Assembly (NCBI GenBank): GCA_964016885.1
Contig: OZ024761.1
Span: forward strand, 30,690,001-30,754,000
From: Eledone cirrhosa
Lineage: Eukaryota
Direction: 5' to 3'
Length of the DNA: 64,000 bases
Shown here in pieces: positions 32,790 to 46,651 of this stretch. The notes beneath the pieces are model-generated. The model saw only the letters and a program-made list of their open reading frames with translations. It did no database searches and was not told the DNA's origin. Every line of letters starts with the position of its first letter. Positions within the stretch are counted from its first letter, which is position 1. Position numbers and translations under genes: made by a program.

Positions 32790-32920
32790 TGGTCGCAACT
32801 CCAGGTAGAACGTGAAATAAAGTGCCTTGCTCAAGGACATAACGCATCGCCCGGTCCGGGAATCGAACTCACAACCTCACGATTGCGAATCCAGGTCTCT
32901 AACCACTCAGCCACACACCT
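32790..32920 (-). mobile_element. tRNA-derived SINE (family S2)
   Basis: Minus strand GTGGCTGAGTGGTTAGAG...GAGTTCGATTCCC..CCTTGAGCAAGGCACTT. Relatives at ~45740-45925 (-) and ~60064-60290 (+). Confidence 0.7.
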
Positions 32921-33059
32921 TCGCATATATATTATCAAATGATCCACATAACAGGTGCAATATGTGCAATGTGTCTGAACACGGAACAGCCGAACTCCCA
33001 CCATCATCGCCCCCATCTCTCTCGCCCTCCCCATCTATCTGTATAGTGACCAAATGGGG

Positions 33060-33425
33060 TCCCAAGTGCTGGCCTCCCCACGGCCCCATCGGACAGAATG
33101 GAGAAAGCATTTCCCCCGAAGATGGTAAGAGAGATGCGCTGGAAGAGCGACTCCATCTCGCGAAGCTCACACCTGTGGCCAGCCAGCTCAACGCCTATGG
33201 TGGTAAGTAGGGAGGTAGCCATAGGGCCCAGTGCTCTGGTGTTGCGAGAAAAGCACCTAGTCCACCCTGTGATATGGTAGTGCTGATGTTGTGACAAAAG
33301 GCACTAGTCCACTCTCTAATATGGTAGTGCTGGAGCCACAACAAAGAGCACCCAGTCCACGCTGTCAGATGGAGAAGGCATTTCCCCGAAGGATGGTAAG
33401 GGAGATGCGCTGGAAGAGCCATTCT
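33060..33425 (-). pseudogene. rearranged 3' fragments of CRE-type element
   Basis: ALGPMATSLLTTIGVELAGHRCELREMESLFQRISLTIFGGNAFSIL matches the 57720-57860 translation. Confidence 0.7.
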
Positions 33426-33649
33426 TTCACTTCATTTCATTTCACCACCATCTTCCATAAATTCTAAATTCCAATTGGGCAAACGCTACCATCTTTCCAG
33501 AACTTCTACTTCTCGCTTTCAAAATAGCTAAAAAAAAATATTCCCATGTGCAACCTTCTCGTTCGAGGGTTCTTCTGTCCATAGGAGGCACCCTCATGCT
33601 CTCGCACCCGATACTTGCTCCTTCTTATTATTATATTGGCAGTAGAAAG

Positions 33650-34220
33650 GCGGTGGATTGGCAGTATCGGTAGAGGGTCGGACGCCATGCTTTCCAGCAT
33701 AGTTACGTCCCTTTACGATCCGAGTTCAAATCCCGCCGAAGTTGACTTTGCCTTTCATCCTTACGGGGTCGATAAAATAAAGTACCAGTAATGCACTGGG
33801 TAATTGCTGGCCTTGTGTCTAACGTAGAAACAATTATTATATTGGCAGTAGGGCGGTGGATTGGCAGTATCGGTAGAGGGTCGGACACCTAGAGTTACGG
33901 CCCTTGCCATTCTGAGTTCAAATCCCGCCGAGGTTAACTTTGCCTTTCATCCTTACGGGGTCGATAAAATAAAGTACCAGTAATGCACTGGGTAATTGCT
34001 GGCCTTGTGCCAATAGTAGAAACAATTATTATATTGGCAGTATCGGTAGAGGGTCGGACGCCATGCTTTGAAGCATAGAGTTACCTCCCTGTGTGATCTG
34101 AGTTCAAACCCCGCCGAGATTAACTTTGCCTTTCATCCTTACGGGGTCGATAAAATAAAGTACCAGTAATACACTGGCATAATTACTGGTCTTGTGCCAA
34201 AAGTAGAAACAATTATTATT
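33650..34220 (+). mobile_element. tandem trimer of SINE S1
   Basis: Three head-to-tail S1 cores. Confidence 0.85.
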
Positions 34221-34370
34221 ATAATTCGAGCGAGTGTATGAAGAGAATTAGAGTGGTTGCATGTAAGTTTGATTGTAATAGTATGTGTGTGTGTGTTAGG
34301 GTGGGTGCATGTGGGTTTGTTTGTGGTGGTAGTGGTAGTGTATATAAATATATATATATATATATATATA

Positions 34371-34680
<310 letters not shown>

Positions 34681-34789
34681 AGAATATTTTCGAAACAGCG
34701 AGTGGGTTTGAAATTATTAGAAATGTAAGCTATCGCCGTATTTTGACTAAAGAAATTAAAGAAATTATTTAGCCTGATAGTGGGGTTAT

Positions 34790-35066
34790 ATATTGTTATA
34801 CTTTGGCTGCCAATAAAACACACACGCACCTTTTGGTTTTCACTTCAATTTATTACAAATTTCTGGTTGGTTGGCTGGTTGGTGTTTATATATTGTCAAA
34901 GCTCATTCCTCACACAGTGTGACCTCCTCAGTGACCAGGTTTTTATTTTGTGTCTCTCCTTTGTTCTGTCCTACACCATCTAGTTTTTGTGAGACAAAGT
35001 ATAACAATATCCGTTGCAACACATTTTCAGGTAAGAAATCTTGCAAAACAAATTCAAAAACGAAGT
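34790..35066. mobile_element. diverged P1-related inverted pLTR plus 3' tail
   Basis: Minus-strand pLTR with decayed hammerhead joined to a + strand tail similar to 52432-52502. Confidence 0.65.
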
Positions 35067-35074
35067 ATACATAC

Positions 35075-35169
<95 letters not shown>

Positions 35170-35775
35170 TCGGTCAAGGATTTTCATATCCGTTTTCATA
35201 GGAGATGTCACTATAATAAGATATCACTCCTATCTTAGGTCATATTTAATACCCGCTTATATTTAAAACTCTGGTTACTTTGTTTGTGCAGTGGCTCTCT
35301 ATTATTTTGTTATTGTTAAACTTTAATCTTATATCGTAATCCAAACTAAATACTGAAAACATTTTAATCCATTCGGTTAGTTGTTGTCGGATAAATATAA
35401 ATACCTCTGGATATATATTGTGTGAGTTGCCCTTTGTGTCTGTCTGTTGTGTGCCTCTCTGTCTGTCTGTCTATATATTATTTATTTATTTGTTTTTATA
35501 TTTTTTACACGACTGTATGTAAAATCCCCGGCATGTCTGTGTATTGTCCCCTTTCTTGTTGCGCCCTTGTGGCTAATAAAGAAATCTATATATTATTTAT
35601 TTATTTCTATTTCTATATGTTATGACGTTATAACAGTTATAAGTTTATAACAGGTAAATTTATGAAACACTATAAAATAACATAAGATTCATATTCTAAT
35701 TACGGGGTCGATAAAATAAAGTACCAGTAATGCACTGGGTAATTGCTGGCCTTGTGCCTAAAGTAGAAACAATTA

Positions 35776-35867
<92 letters not shown>

Positions 35868-35868
<1 letters not shown>

Positions 35869-36014
35869 GAAGTATTTCCGTAGGAAAAGTAAAGGAAAAG
35901 AGAGTGCTCTATGTAGGCTACAGAGCTTTTTAGTTATGTAATAAACAACATAAGATAATTAATTCATTTACCAGTGGTTTCTTGAAGACAGATATTTATA
36001 TCTTTCATCAGTCG
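35868..36014 (-). mobile_element. Penelope-type 3' end (family F4), degenerate hammerhead
   Basis: Homologous to 38079-38235. CTGATGA...GAAACCACTGGTA on the minus strand. Confidence 0.6.
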
Positions 36015-36048
<34 letters not shown>

Positions 36049-36107
36049 TATATATATACACACACATATATATATACACACACATATATATATATATAAT
36101 ATATATA

Positions 36108-36151
<44 letters not shown>

Positions 36152-36193
36152 TAAAATAACAGATTAAAGTTTAAGCAAAGAATCGCTGCTTTC

Positions 36194-36241
<48 letters not shown>

Positions 36242-36258
36242 AATTACTTCATTCATAC

Positions 36259-36289
<31 letters not shown>

Positions 36290-36350
36290 TATATATATAT
36301 ACACACACATATATATATATATATAATATACATATATATACATATATATG

Positions 36351-36388
<38 letters not shown>

Positions 36389-36445
36389 TATATATATACA
36401 CACACATATATATATATATATATATAATATACATATATATACATA

Positions 36446-36541
<96 letters not shown>

Positions 36542-36589
36542 CACACACACATATATATATACACACACACATATATATATATAATATAC

Positions 36590-36688
<99 letters not shown>

Positions 36689-36745
36689 ATATTTGGGGAG
36701 TGGTCATATTTGCGTAATATTGCCAGAATTAATTCATCGCCGCTA

Positions 36746-36777
<32 letters not shown>

Positions 36778-37209
36778 CATATATATGTATACACACACAC
36801 ACATATATATATATGTATGTGTGTGTGTGTGTGTGTGTGTTTTGCAAGTTTTTTTTTAATATGAAATCGTGTGTCGAAACAAATGTTGTTACACTTGGGA
36901 AGGGTCATATTGTTATAATATTGCCAGAAATAATAACATTGATAAACATTGATTGCCAAATAAATTAACTGTGGAGATATAAAAGATATAGAAGCGAAAA
37001 TCAACCAAACAGTGAGTGTGTACTGTTATTATTCTGAGTTCAAATCCCGCTGAGGTCAACTTTGCCTTTCATCCTTACGGGGTCGATAAAATAAAGTACC
37101 AGTAATGTACTGGGATAATTGCTGCCTTGTGCCAAAAAGTAGAAACAATTATTTCTGGCAATATTATAACAATATGACTCTCTCTCCCTAAGTATAACAA
37201 TATATATAT

Positions 37210-37371
37210 AACGCACCAGAGTACTCAATACTTTGGGTAGTAGAGTGGATAATAGGAGAAAGTATGACCCCGACGGCAGAGCTCAAGCCGTTTCGACAGC
37301 TATTTCTGGACTGAGTCCAGAAATAGCCGTCGAAACAGCTTGAGCTCTGCCGTGGGGGTCATACTTTCTCC

Positions 37372-37372
<1 letters not shown>
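37210..37372. mobile_element. fold-back family F1 copy
   Basis: Palindrome centred at ~37313. Confidence 0.75.
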
Positions 37373-37427
<55 letters not shown>

Positions 37428-37428
37428 T

Positions 37429-37790
37429 AGAAAAAGAGATGAAATCGAAAATGCAACTGGAGTCTTATTTCTTTTTAAAATATATATATTTATTTGGTTC
37501 CTTTACCGGTTTCGCAGTTCTTCTGCTTTTCAAAAGTAGAGTTGAGATGGAGGGTCTGTGGTTTTTCTCACATCTGATGTGAGAAAAACCACAGACCCAC
37601 CATCTCAACTCACATTTTGAAAAGCAGAAGAACTGCGAAACCGGTAAAGGAACCAAATAAATATATATATTTTAAAAAGAAATAAGACTCCAGTTGCATT
37701 TTCGATTTCATCTCTTTTTCTTTATACTTTCACTCGTGTAGGACACCTCGGTTATTTTTCAATTTGTAAAAAAAAACCTCACTTTCTAAT
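37429..37790. mobile_element. fold-back element (family F5), ~145-bp arms plus tail, with U3-A8 hammerhead variant
   Basis: 37429-37574 is inverted at 37576-37721. TTGAAAA-GCAG aagaa CTGC-GAAACCGGTA in both arms. Confidence 0.75.
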
Positions 37791-37808
37791 ATATATATAT
37801 ATATATAT

Positions 37809-37998
37809 AGGAACAAGTAAGACCCCGACGGCAGAGCTCAAGCCGTTTTGACAGCTATTTTTGGACTCAAATAGCCGTCGAAACGGCTTGAGCTCTGCCG
37901 TCGGGGTCTTACTTGTTCCTATTATCCACTCTACTACCCTAAGTATTGAGTACTTTGGTGCATTATGGTCCATCTGGTTCCTTACCACAATTCCTTCG

Positions 37999-38000
<2 letters not shown>
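37809..38000. mobile_element. fold-back family F1 copy
   Basis: Short arm on the left, long arm on the right, both ends in (TA)n. Confidence 0.78.
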
Positions 38001-38037
<37 letters not shown>

Positions 38038-38177
38038 AAATATTCTTACTTGATATATATATATATATATATATATAAATGAAGTAATTCCGTCGGAAAA
38101 GTTCAGGAAAAAAGAGTGCTCTATGTAAGCAACAGAGCTTAATTATTATTATGTAATAAACAACATAAGGCAATTAT

Positions 38178-38235
38178 TCCATTTACCAGTGGTTTCTTAA
38201 AAGCAAAAGGTTTAGCTTTCAATCCTCAGAACGAA
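38178..38235 (-). ncRNA. complete type I hammerhead ribozyme (family F4)
   Basis: TTCGTT-CTGAGGA-TTGAAAGC loop GCTTTTAA-GAAA-CCACTG-GTA-AATGGA. 6-bp stem I, 8-bp stem II, GUA site. Confidence 0.8.
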
Positions 38236-38477
38236 AAAATCCTGGTTTGTTTATTGAATTTGAATCTTAAATATATAAATGGAAGATCAATGTGGAATTG
38301 TGCAGCCAAGCTCTCAATGAGGAATCTCAGAGTAATAACATTCGTTAGACGGCAAGACAAATTGAAAACTGTGGCAGGCAACCCCAGCCACGACACCGAA
38401 GCAACGAGAAAACCAACAGGTTATATATATACATATATCCAGTGGTGAACCAACAAACCCAAATAAATATATATATA

Positions 38478-39045
38478 TAGGGGTTGGACAAAATAATGGA
38501 AACACCTAGCATTATAGCATCATAATTTTGAAATATCTATAAAACCGTCAAAAGGTTGTTTATTTTTATTGTTCGGGAGGTGGTCATTAAGCTCTGCAGT
38601 AATTTGGGGAGCTGTACTTTTGTGATCCTTTCTGACAATTCGCGTAAGAGTCCGACGGTCCCTATCTGAAAGTTTGGGTTTTCTTCCGGTGTTTTGTTTC
38701 GACGAGGAGGTTTTTCTCTCTTTCTCAAAGGCTGTCATTACTTTTGAGACAGTACTTCTTGATACACCAAACATTTCGGCTGTTTTCGTTACGCTAGCGC
38801 CTGCCATACGAGCACCAACAATTTGACCCCTTTGAAAGTTCGACAGATCTGTCATTTTAATGAATTTTAATTACGTTTTTCTGATGATATCTGAAAAGAA
38901 CCAACAATTTAAAAAAAAAATATTAAGCAACACTAATAATAAATAAAAAAAACATAAACATAAACAAGCTTTTGATGGTTTTATAGATATTTCAAAATTA
39001 TGATGCTATGATGATAGGTGTTTCCATTATTTTGTCCAACCCCTG
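38478..39045 (-). mobile_element. internally deleted Tc1-family DNA transposon
   Basis: ~85-bp TIRs starting (C)AGGGGTTGGACAAAATAATGGAAACACC, TA flanks. ORF 38520-38855 encodes the paired-like HTH and GRKPKL motif but no DDE domain. Confidence 0.92.
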
Positions 39046-39086
<41 letters not shown>

Positions 39087-39558
39087 AATGTTCGGTAAAC
39101 CGATACGTGCATATATATATGTGTGCATGTATGTATATATATACATAGTACTGTACGTCTGTATACATATATGTATGTACGTATACATACTTACATTTAA
39201 GTAACTGCCGTACTAAGAGTGAGAAATGAAATTTCGTTTCATTCTATTCCATTTATCGTTTTCGGTGCGCCCGGCCGATTAACTCATTCGATATGCAAAT
39301 TAGGCTGCTCAGCCGTTAATATGCATAAGGAAAGTATATACTTTCAGACGTTCAACCATCTGGCAGGAAGGTATACGTTGCTGATGATAGCTAATAAGCT
39401 TGAAATTAGTACAGCGTTCCTTTGTCAGTGTTGAACAAATGAGCAACGATGGTTGCTAGACACTACGGCTTAATTCGGGATGTTTGTTTACAAAGACACT
39501 GAGCATTATAATAAATGTTCGGTGAATCCATACGTACATATATATATATGTGTGCATG

Positions 39559-39598
<40 letters not shown>

Positions 39599-39667
39599 CT
39601 ACTGTACGTCTGTATACATATATGTATGTACGTATACATACTTATATATATATAAATATACATATAT

Positions 39668-39900
39668 ATATTAATAAAAGGAATTCAAACTTTGTCTGAT
39701 TAACTCATTTTATTTACAATCCTTTAAAATTATAATGGTATTATAATAAAATAGTATGGTAGAATATTAAATGTAATATTCTACCATACTATTTCATTAT
39801 AATATCATTATAATTTTAAAGGATTGTAAAGAAGTTAATCAGACAAAGTTGGAATTCCTTTTATTAATATAATCTTCTATACACAATCATACACACCCGT
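39668..39900. repeat. AT-rich fold-back (~100-bp arms) with short tail
   Basis: 39668-39769 is inverted at 39774-39870. Confidence 0.75.
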
Positions 39901-39929
39901 ATATATTTATTTACATATATATATATATA

Positions 39930-40272
39930 TTTGTTTAGCAAGATTCTTTATCTGAAATCGTGTGTTGAAACCGATATTGGGGATTCTTTTCTTTGTTTTT
40001 GTGCCTCTCCTTTGTTCTGTCCTACGCGTAGGACAGAACAAAGGAGAGGCACAAAAACAAAGAAAAGAATCCCCAGTCACTGAAGAGGTCACAGAATGTG
40101 TGACGAAAGAACTTTGACAATATATAAACAACTATCTGGTTGTGGAACCAACCAACCAACCAGAAATTTATAAATTCCTAAATTTATAAATTTATTATAA
40201 TAAATTGAAGTGAAAGCAACTGGTGCGTGTGTTTCTTATTGGCAACATGACCCTCCCAAAGTATAACAATAT
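39930..40272. mobile_element. P1 fold-back pLTR with hammerhead at 40076-40118 (+)
   Basis: Palindrome centre CCTACGCGTAGG at ~40026. The tail sequence is on the minus arm. Confidence 0.82.
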
Positions 40273-40680
40273 ATATATATATATATGGGCACGTTTGAAA
40301 TGTCTTTGATTGTAGATACATGGAGAATGGCAACGAGGTGTTTATTTATTTATGGTAGCAAAAAGATGAATTGTGGGAACGGGGGAACGGGGGAAGGAGG
40401 TGAGGTCCTTAAGTATTATAGGCGGGGTGTGGCAGTCCCAGACAACCACCATTTGAAACTTTACCCCACACAACAACAATAACAACAACAACCATAAATT
40501 TCAAGATGAAGAAATTTGGTTGGTTAAAAAAAATGTTCTCTTCTACCTAAGTTTAAAGAAAAGTGGTGTGTATGTGTGTGTGTGTATGTATGTTTGTGTG
40601 TATTTGTGTGTGCATGGATGTGTGGGGTTGTTTATGTGTGTTTGTGTTCACAAACAATCGCTTTTGCTTCTGGCTCCATT

Positions 40681-40762
<82 letters not shown>

Positions 40763-40814
40763 GACACATGTATAAATATATATATATGTATATAGTGTGT
40801 CTGCGAGTGAAAGA

Positions 40815-41412
40815 GAAAGAGGGGGTAAGAGGAAGGGAGAGAAGGTGAGAAAGAGAGAGAGAAGGGGAGAAAAAGGGCGAGGGAGAAAGGAATAGTGTGT
40901 GTGTGTGTGTGAAGGAGAGAGAGGGATGGGGTAAGGGGAGGAGAGAGAAGATGAGAGAGAGAGAGAGAAGGGGGAGAAAAGGGTGAGGGTGACAGGAATA
41001 GTGTGTGTGTGTGTGTGACAGACAGAGAGGGAGAGAAAAAGAAACAGAGAGAGAGAGGGGGTAAGGGGAAGGGAGAGAAGATGAGACAGAGAGAGAGAAG
41101 GGGGAGAAAAGGGTGAGGGTGACAGGAATAGTGTGTGTGTGTGTGTGACAGACAGAGAGGGAGAGAAAAAGAAACAGAGAGAGAGAGGGGGTAAGGGGAA
41201 GGGAGAGAAGATGAGACAGAGAGAGAGAAGGGGGAGAAAAGGGTGAGGGTGACAGGAATAGTGTGTGTGTGTGTGTGACAGACAGAGAGAGACAGACAGA
41301 GAGAAAAAGAGACATAGAGAGAGAGAGAGAGGGGGGAGGGGTAAGGGGAAGGGAGAGAAGATGAGACAGAGAGAGAGAAGGGGGAGAAAAGGGTGAGGGA
41401 GACAGGAATACT
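40815..41412. repeat. GA-rich minisatellite, ~130-bp unit, about 5 copies
   Basis: GGGTGAGGGTGACAGGAATAG recurs at 40981, 41111 and 41241. Confidence 0.9.
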
Positions 41413-41431
41413 GTGTGTGTGTCTTCGAGTG

Positions 41432-41470
<39 letters not shown>

Positions 41471-41507
41471 AAGGGAGAGAGGGGTGGGAGCTTATAGCAA
41501 AGAATCA

Positions 41508-41544
41508 TATAAAATACGACTGTTCCCGACATCAGAGACAGTTT
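41508..41544 (+). promoter_or_regulatory. TATA box and Inr-like element of the stanniocalcin-like gene
   Basis: TATAAAA at 41508-41514 and ACAGTT ~30 bp downstream. The ATG is at 41622. Confidence 0.55.
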
Positions 41545-41621
41545 GAAGAGAGAGAGAGAAGATTTGAAAAGATCAGGACAACATTTTGGCAAATAACTGA
41601 ATAGCAAGAAAACATACAAAT

Positions 41622-41727
41622 ATGTGGAAAGTTTTCAGTGTTCTTTTAGTTTCGTTGGTGGTAACGACTCAAGGATTTCTTTTTAGGGAACGAGATCCCG
41701 ATGATATAGAACAGTATCCTCAGGAAG
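41622..41727 (+). CDS. stanniocalcin-like secreted protein, exon 1 (signal peptide)
   Basis: MWKVFSVLLVSLVVTTQG-FLFRERDPDDIEQYPQE. The phase-1 GT donor matches the exon 2 phase. Confidence 0.75.
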
Positions 41728-41862
41728 GTTTGTGTATTATTTATAATTATTATTAGAATTGCTGGCCCCTTGTGCCTAAAGTAGAAACAATTATTAGGCC
41801 AGTTAAGGTCCACTTCGTTGTCCTTCTCCATGCATCTACAATCAAAGATATTCCAAGCATGC

Positions 41863-41925
<63 letters not shown>

Positions 41926-42144
41926 GTATATATATGTATATATATAGTATATATATGTATATATATATAGTATATATAGTATATATATGTATATATATAT
42001 ACTATATATATGTATATATATATAGTATATATAGTATATATATAGTATGTATATATATATAGTATATATATATATATATAGTATATATAGTATATATATG
42101 TATATATATATAGTATATATATGTATAGTATATATATGTATATT

Positions 42145-42180
<36 letters not shown>

Positions 42181-42479
42181 TATAGTATATATATGTATGT
42201 GTATATAGTATATATATGTATATATATAGTATATATATGTATGTGTATATAGTATATATATGTATATATATATATATGTATGTGTATATAGTATATATAT
42301 GTATATATATATATATATGTATGTGTATATAGTATATATATGTATATATATATATATATGTATGTGTATATAGTATATATATGTATATATATATATATAT
42401 GTATGTGTATATAGTATATATATGTATATATATATATATATATGTGTATATATATGTGTATATATATATATATATATAT

Positions 42480-42665
42480 AGGAACAAGTAAGACCCCGAC
42501 AGCTGAGCTCAAGCCGTTTCAACGGCTAATTCCAGAATTAGCCGTTGAAACGGCTTCAGCTCAGCCGTTGGGGTCCTACTTGTTCCTATTACCCACTCTA
42601 CTATCCTAAGTATTGAGTACTTTGGTGCGTTATGGTCCACCTGGTTCCTTACCACATTTCCTTCG

Positions 42666-42667
<2 letters not shown>
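42480..42667. mobile_element. fold-back family F1 copy (intron 1)
   Basis: Palindrome centred at ~42533. Confidence 0.78.
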
Positions 42668-42710
<43 letters not shown>

Positions 42711-42869
42711 TACATATATATATACATATATATATATATATACATATATATACTATATATATATATACATATATATACTATATATATATACTATATATAT
42801 ATATACTATATATATGTATATATACTATATATATGTATATATATATATATAGTATATATATATATATAT

Positions 42870-42936
<67 letters not shown>

Positions 42937-43359
42937 TATATATATATCATCATCATCATCAACATCATCGTTTAACGTCCATGTTCCACGCTTGCATGGG
43001 TTTGGACGGGAGTTTTCCCACTTGAGGCAAGAGTGGTTGTCTTGCTCGCATAGGACTGTCTGGCGGGTTTTCTACGGCTGGATGCCCTTCCTAACACCAA
43101 CCACATTTACAGTGTGGAACTGGGAGGTTTTTACCGTGTTACCTACACGGCCACATATTACAGTGTGGACTGTGTGTTTTTTTGTCGTGACACCTACACG
43201 ATCTCATTTGTTTATATATATATATATATATATATGGTATATATATGTGAGTTAGACTGACTTATTTTAGTCAGTCTAACTTATATCCCACCAAATTGAC
43301 ATTTTGGAATAAGTTTAATATTATATATATATATATATTATATATATATATATATATAT

Positions 43360-43656
<297 letters not shown>

Positions 43657-43714
43657 ATATATATATATAATATATATATATATATAATATATATATATAA
43701 TATATATATATAAT

Positions 43715-43757
<43 letters not shown>

Positions 43758-43769
43758 TATATATATAAT

Positions 43770-43842
<73 letters not shown>

Positions 43843-43861
43843 TATATATATTATATATATA

Positions 43862-43905
<44 letters not shown>

Positions 43906-44233
43906 ATGTATGTAAAAGGTAAACAGATATAACATCACAATCGGCACAGTATATGGAAGGAATATATTAGGTTAATGCTTCTCCACCATCATGATGGTCA
44001 CCATCCTCATCATCATCATCTTCGCCACCAACACCATCACAATCACTATCATCATAGTCATCACCGCCGTCATCACCACTGTCATCATCATCATTACCAT
44101 TAAACATCTGTTTTGTATTCCTATGTGGGTTAGATGTGTTGTCACATTATGAAGCCACACAGGTCATGTGACTAGGCTTTGCTCGTATGTTCCATTTTGG
44201 GCTTGGATTTCTAGAGTTAGATGCCCTTCTTAA

Positions 44234-45507
44234 CCCTTTAGCATTTACATTACTCTATATTTACTATTGTATTTTCACAGTAAAGTCTTTACCTCACATA
44301 ATATCTCACATAACATTTACATTACTCTATATATACTATAGTATTTTCACAGTAAAGTCTTTACCTCAGATAATATCTCACATAACATTTACATTACTCT
44401 ATATTTACTATAGTATTTTCACAGTAAAGTCTTTACCTCACATAATATCTCACATAATATTTACATTACTCTATATATACTATAGTATTTTCACAGTAAA
44501 GTCTTTACCTCACATAATATCTCACATAACATTTACATTACTCTATATATACTATTGTATTTTCACAGTAAAGTCTTTACCTCACATAATATCTCACATA
44601 ACATTTACATTACTCTATATTTACTATTGTATTTTCACAGTAAAGTCTTTACCTCACATAATATCTCACATAACATTTACATTACTCTATATTTACTATT
44701 GTATTTTCACAGTAAAGTCTTTACCTCACATAATATCTCACATAGCATTTACATTACTCTATATTTACTATTGTATTTTCACAGTAAAGTCTTTACCTCA
44801 CATAATATCTCACATAACATTTACATTACTCTATATTTACTATTGTATTTTCACAGTAAAGTCTTTACCTCACATAATATCTCACATAACATTTACATTA
44901 CTCTATATTTACTATTGTATTTTCACAGTAAAGTCTTTACCTCACATAATATCTCACATAACATTTACATTACTCTATATATACTATTGTATTTTCACAG
45001 TAAAGTCTTTACCTCACATAATATCTCACATAACATTTACATTACTCTATATTTACTATTGTATTTTCACAGTAAAGGCTTTACCTCACATAACTCACAT
45101 AACATTTACATTACTCTATATATACTATTGTATTTTCACAGTAAAGTCTTTACCTCACATAATATCTCACATAACATTTACATTACTCTATATTTACTAT
45201 TGTATTTTCACAGTAAAGTCTTTACCCCACATAATATCTCACATAACATTTACATTACTCTATATTTACTATTGTATTTTCACAGTAAAGTCTTTACCTC
45301 ACATATCTCACATAACTCTATATTTACTATTGTATTTTCACGGTAAATACTTTATCTCACATAATTATCTCACATAATATCAAATCTACGAGATTTTCAT
45401 ATTATTTAATTTGAGAATAATACCTTAACATAAGTATGAGTGGCCAGTTTGGCCAGAAAGAGGTGAAAGAATTCTGGCTGGATATGGACTGTTTATCTGC
45501 TAAAGGG
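44234..45507. mobile_element. piggyBac-like MITE M1 inflated by an internal 72-bp tandem array (~15-16 copies)
   Basis: TTAA|CCCTTTAGCA ... TGCTAAAGGG|TTAA. The unit CATTTACATTACTCTATATTTACTATTG... repeats every 72 bp from 44242 to ~45380. Confidence 0.88.
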
Positions 45508-45939
45508 TTAATGCCAGCCATTTCACAGTGTGTTATTTTTTCTTGCAATACACATTCATTTTCAATTTGTGTGTTGTTGTTGTTGTTTTTAAATGCGTTA
45601 GGTTAAATGCTTTGCAATATTTGTTCTGGCTCTCCGTGTTTTGAGTTCAAATCCTGTGTTGATCAAATCCAAGGTTGATTAAAAAACATAGCAGGCCAGT
45701 ACTGGGGTCAATTCTTCATAACTATCTCTTCCTCTCTGGGGAGGATCATCACGCCAGTCCATTGCAGGATTAATCCCCAGCTATTGTAAGTACTCGTTTT
45801 CAGCTGAGTGTTACTGGAACAGCATGAAATGAAGCATTTTGCTCAAGAGCTCAATGCGCCAGGAATCAAAACCACAACATTATGGCTGTAAATCTAACAC
45901 TTTAACCATTAGGCCACATGCCTTAACAACAATGCTTTC

Positions 45940-46140
45940 TGATTTAGGCCCAAGGCCAGCAATTCTGGGGAAGGGAAAGTCTATAAATTGACCTCAGTGT
46001 GTGACTGGTACTTTATTTTATCGACCCCGTAAGGATGAAAGGCAAAGTTAACCTCGGCGGGATTTGAACTCAGAACGCAAAGGGCCGTAAATATATGCCG
46101 TGAAGCATGGTGTCCGACACTCTACCGATTCTGCTAATCC
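45940..46140 (-). mobile_element. SINE S1
   Basis: Reverse-complement S1 core and head. Confidence 0.8.
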
Positions 46141-46235
46141 ACATGCCTTAACAATAATAATAATACCTATGATAACAATATATTCAACTACTTGTCTTCC
46201 TAATTTCTTATTTTATTCCATTTTTTTTTTTTTAG

Positions 46236-46396
46236 AAGTTAACAATGCATGCCATCAATACAGTTCCAATGGTGACTGCTCGTTCTACAACTGTTTGGAG
46301 AAGAGGTTTCCTTGTGGTCGAGAAGGTTTTGCTTATAATGTTGGCACATTTTATTGCCCCCGAGCAAAATCGGCCATCAAAGATTTTGATGATAAG
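46236..46396 (+). CDS. stanniocalcin-like protein, exon 2
   Basis: PolyT-AG acceptor and GT donor. VNNACHQYSSNGDCSFYNCLEKRFPCGREGFAYNVGTFYC. Confidence 0.88.
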
Positions 46397-46651
46397 GTTA
46401 GTAAGTTGGTTTTTTGGGGGTTTTTTTTTCATTTTATTAGAAGCGCACGTGAGAAATAAAATTATTAACCATCTTGCCAACAACAACCCTGAGCCCCTTT
46501 TTGAATTTCGTGTGTCTAACACCCTTGGACATATAAATTATTAATTATCTTTCACCAGTCACCATAACACTCTACCTCCCAACTCTCTTTGGTCTATCTA
46601 AAATATATTTGCTATCTTATTCTAACAATATCTGTCTCAAATTTTTTTCAG

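Noticed and set aside
32860-32920. tRNA-like A/B boxes here and in S1 copies
   Set aside because: They continue into SINE bodies and lack a full cloverleaf, so they are not tRNA genes.
39710-39830. Hammerhead in the 39.7-kb fold-back
   Set aside because: A GAAA and a stem are present but there is no recognisable core. Likely an AT-rich chance match.
44187-45377. 396-aa repetitive ORF or CRISPR-like array
   Set aside because: A pure 72-bp tandem repeat without unique spacers, lying inside a MITE.
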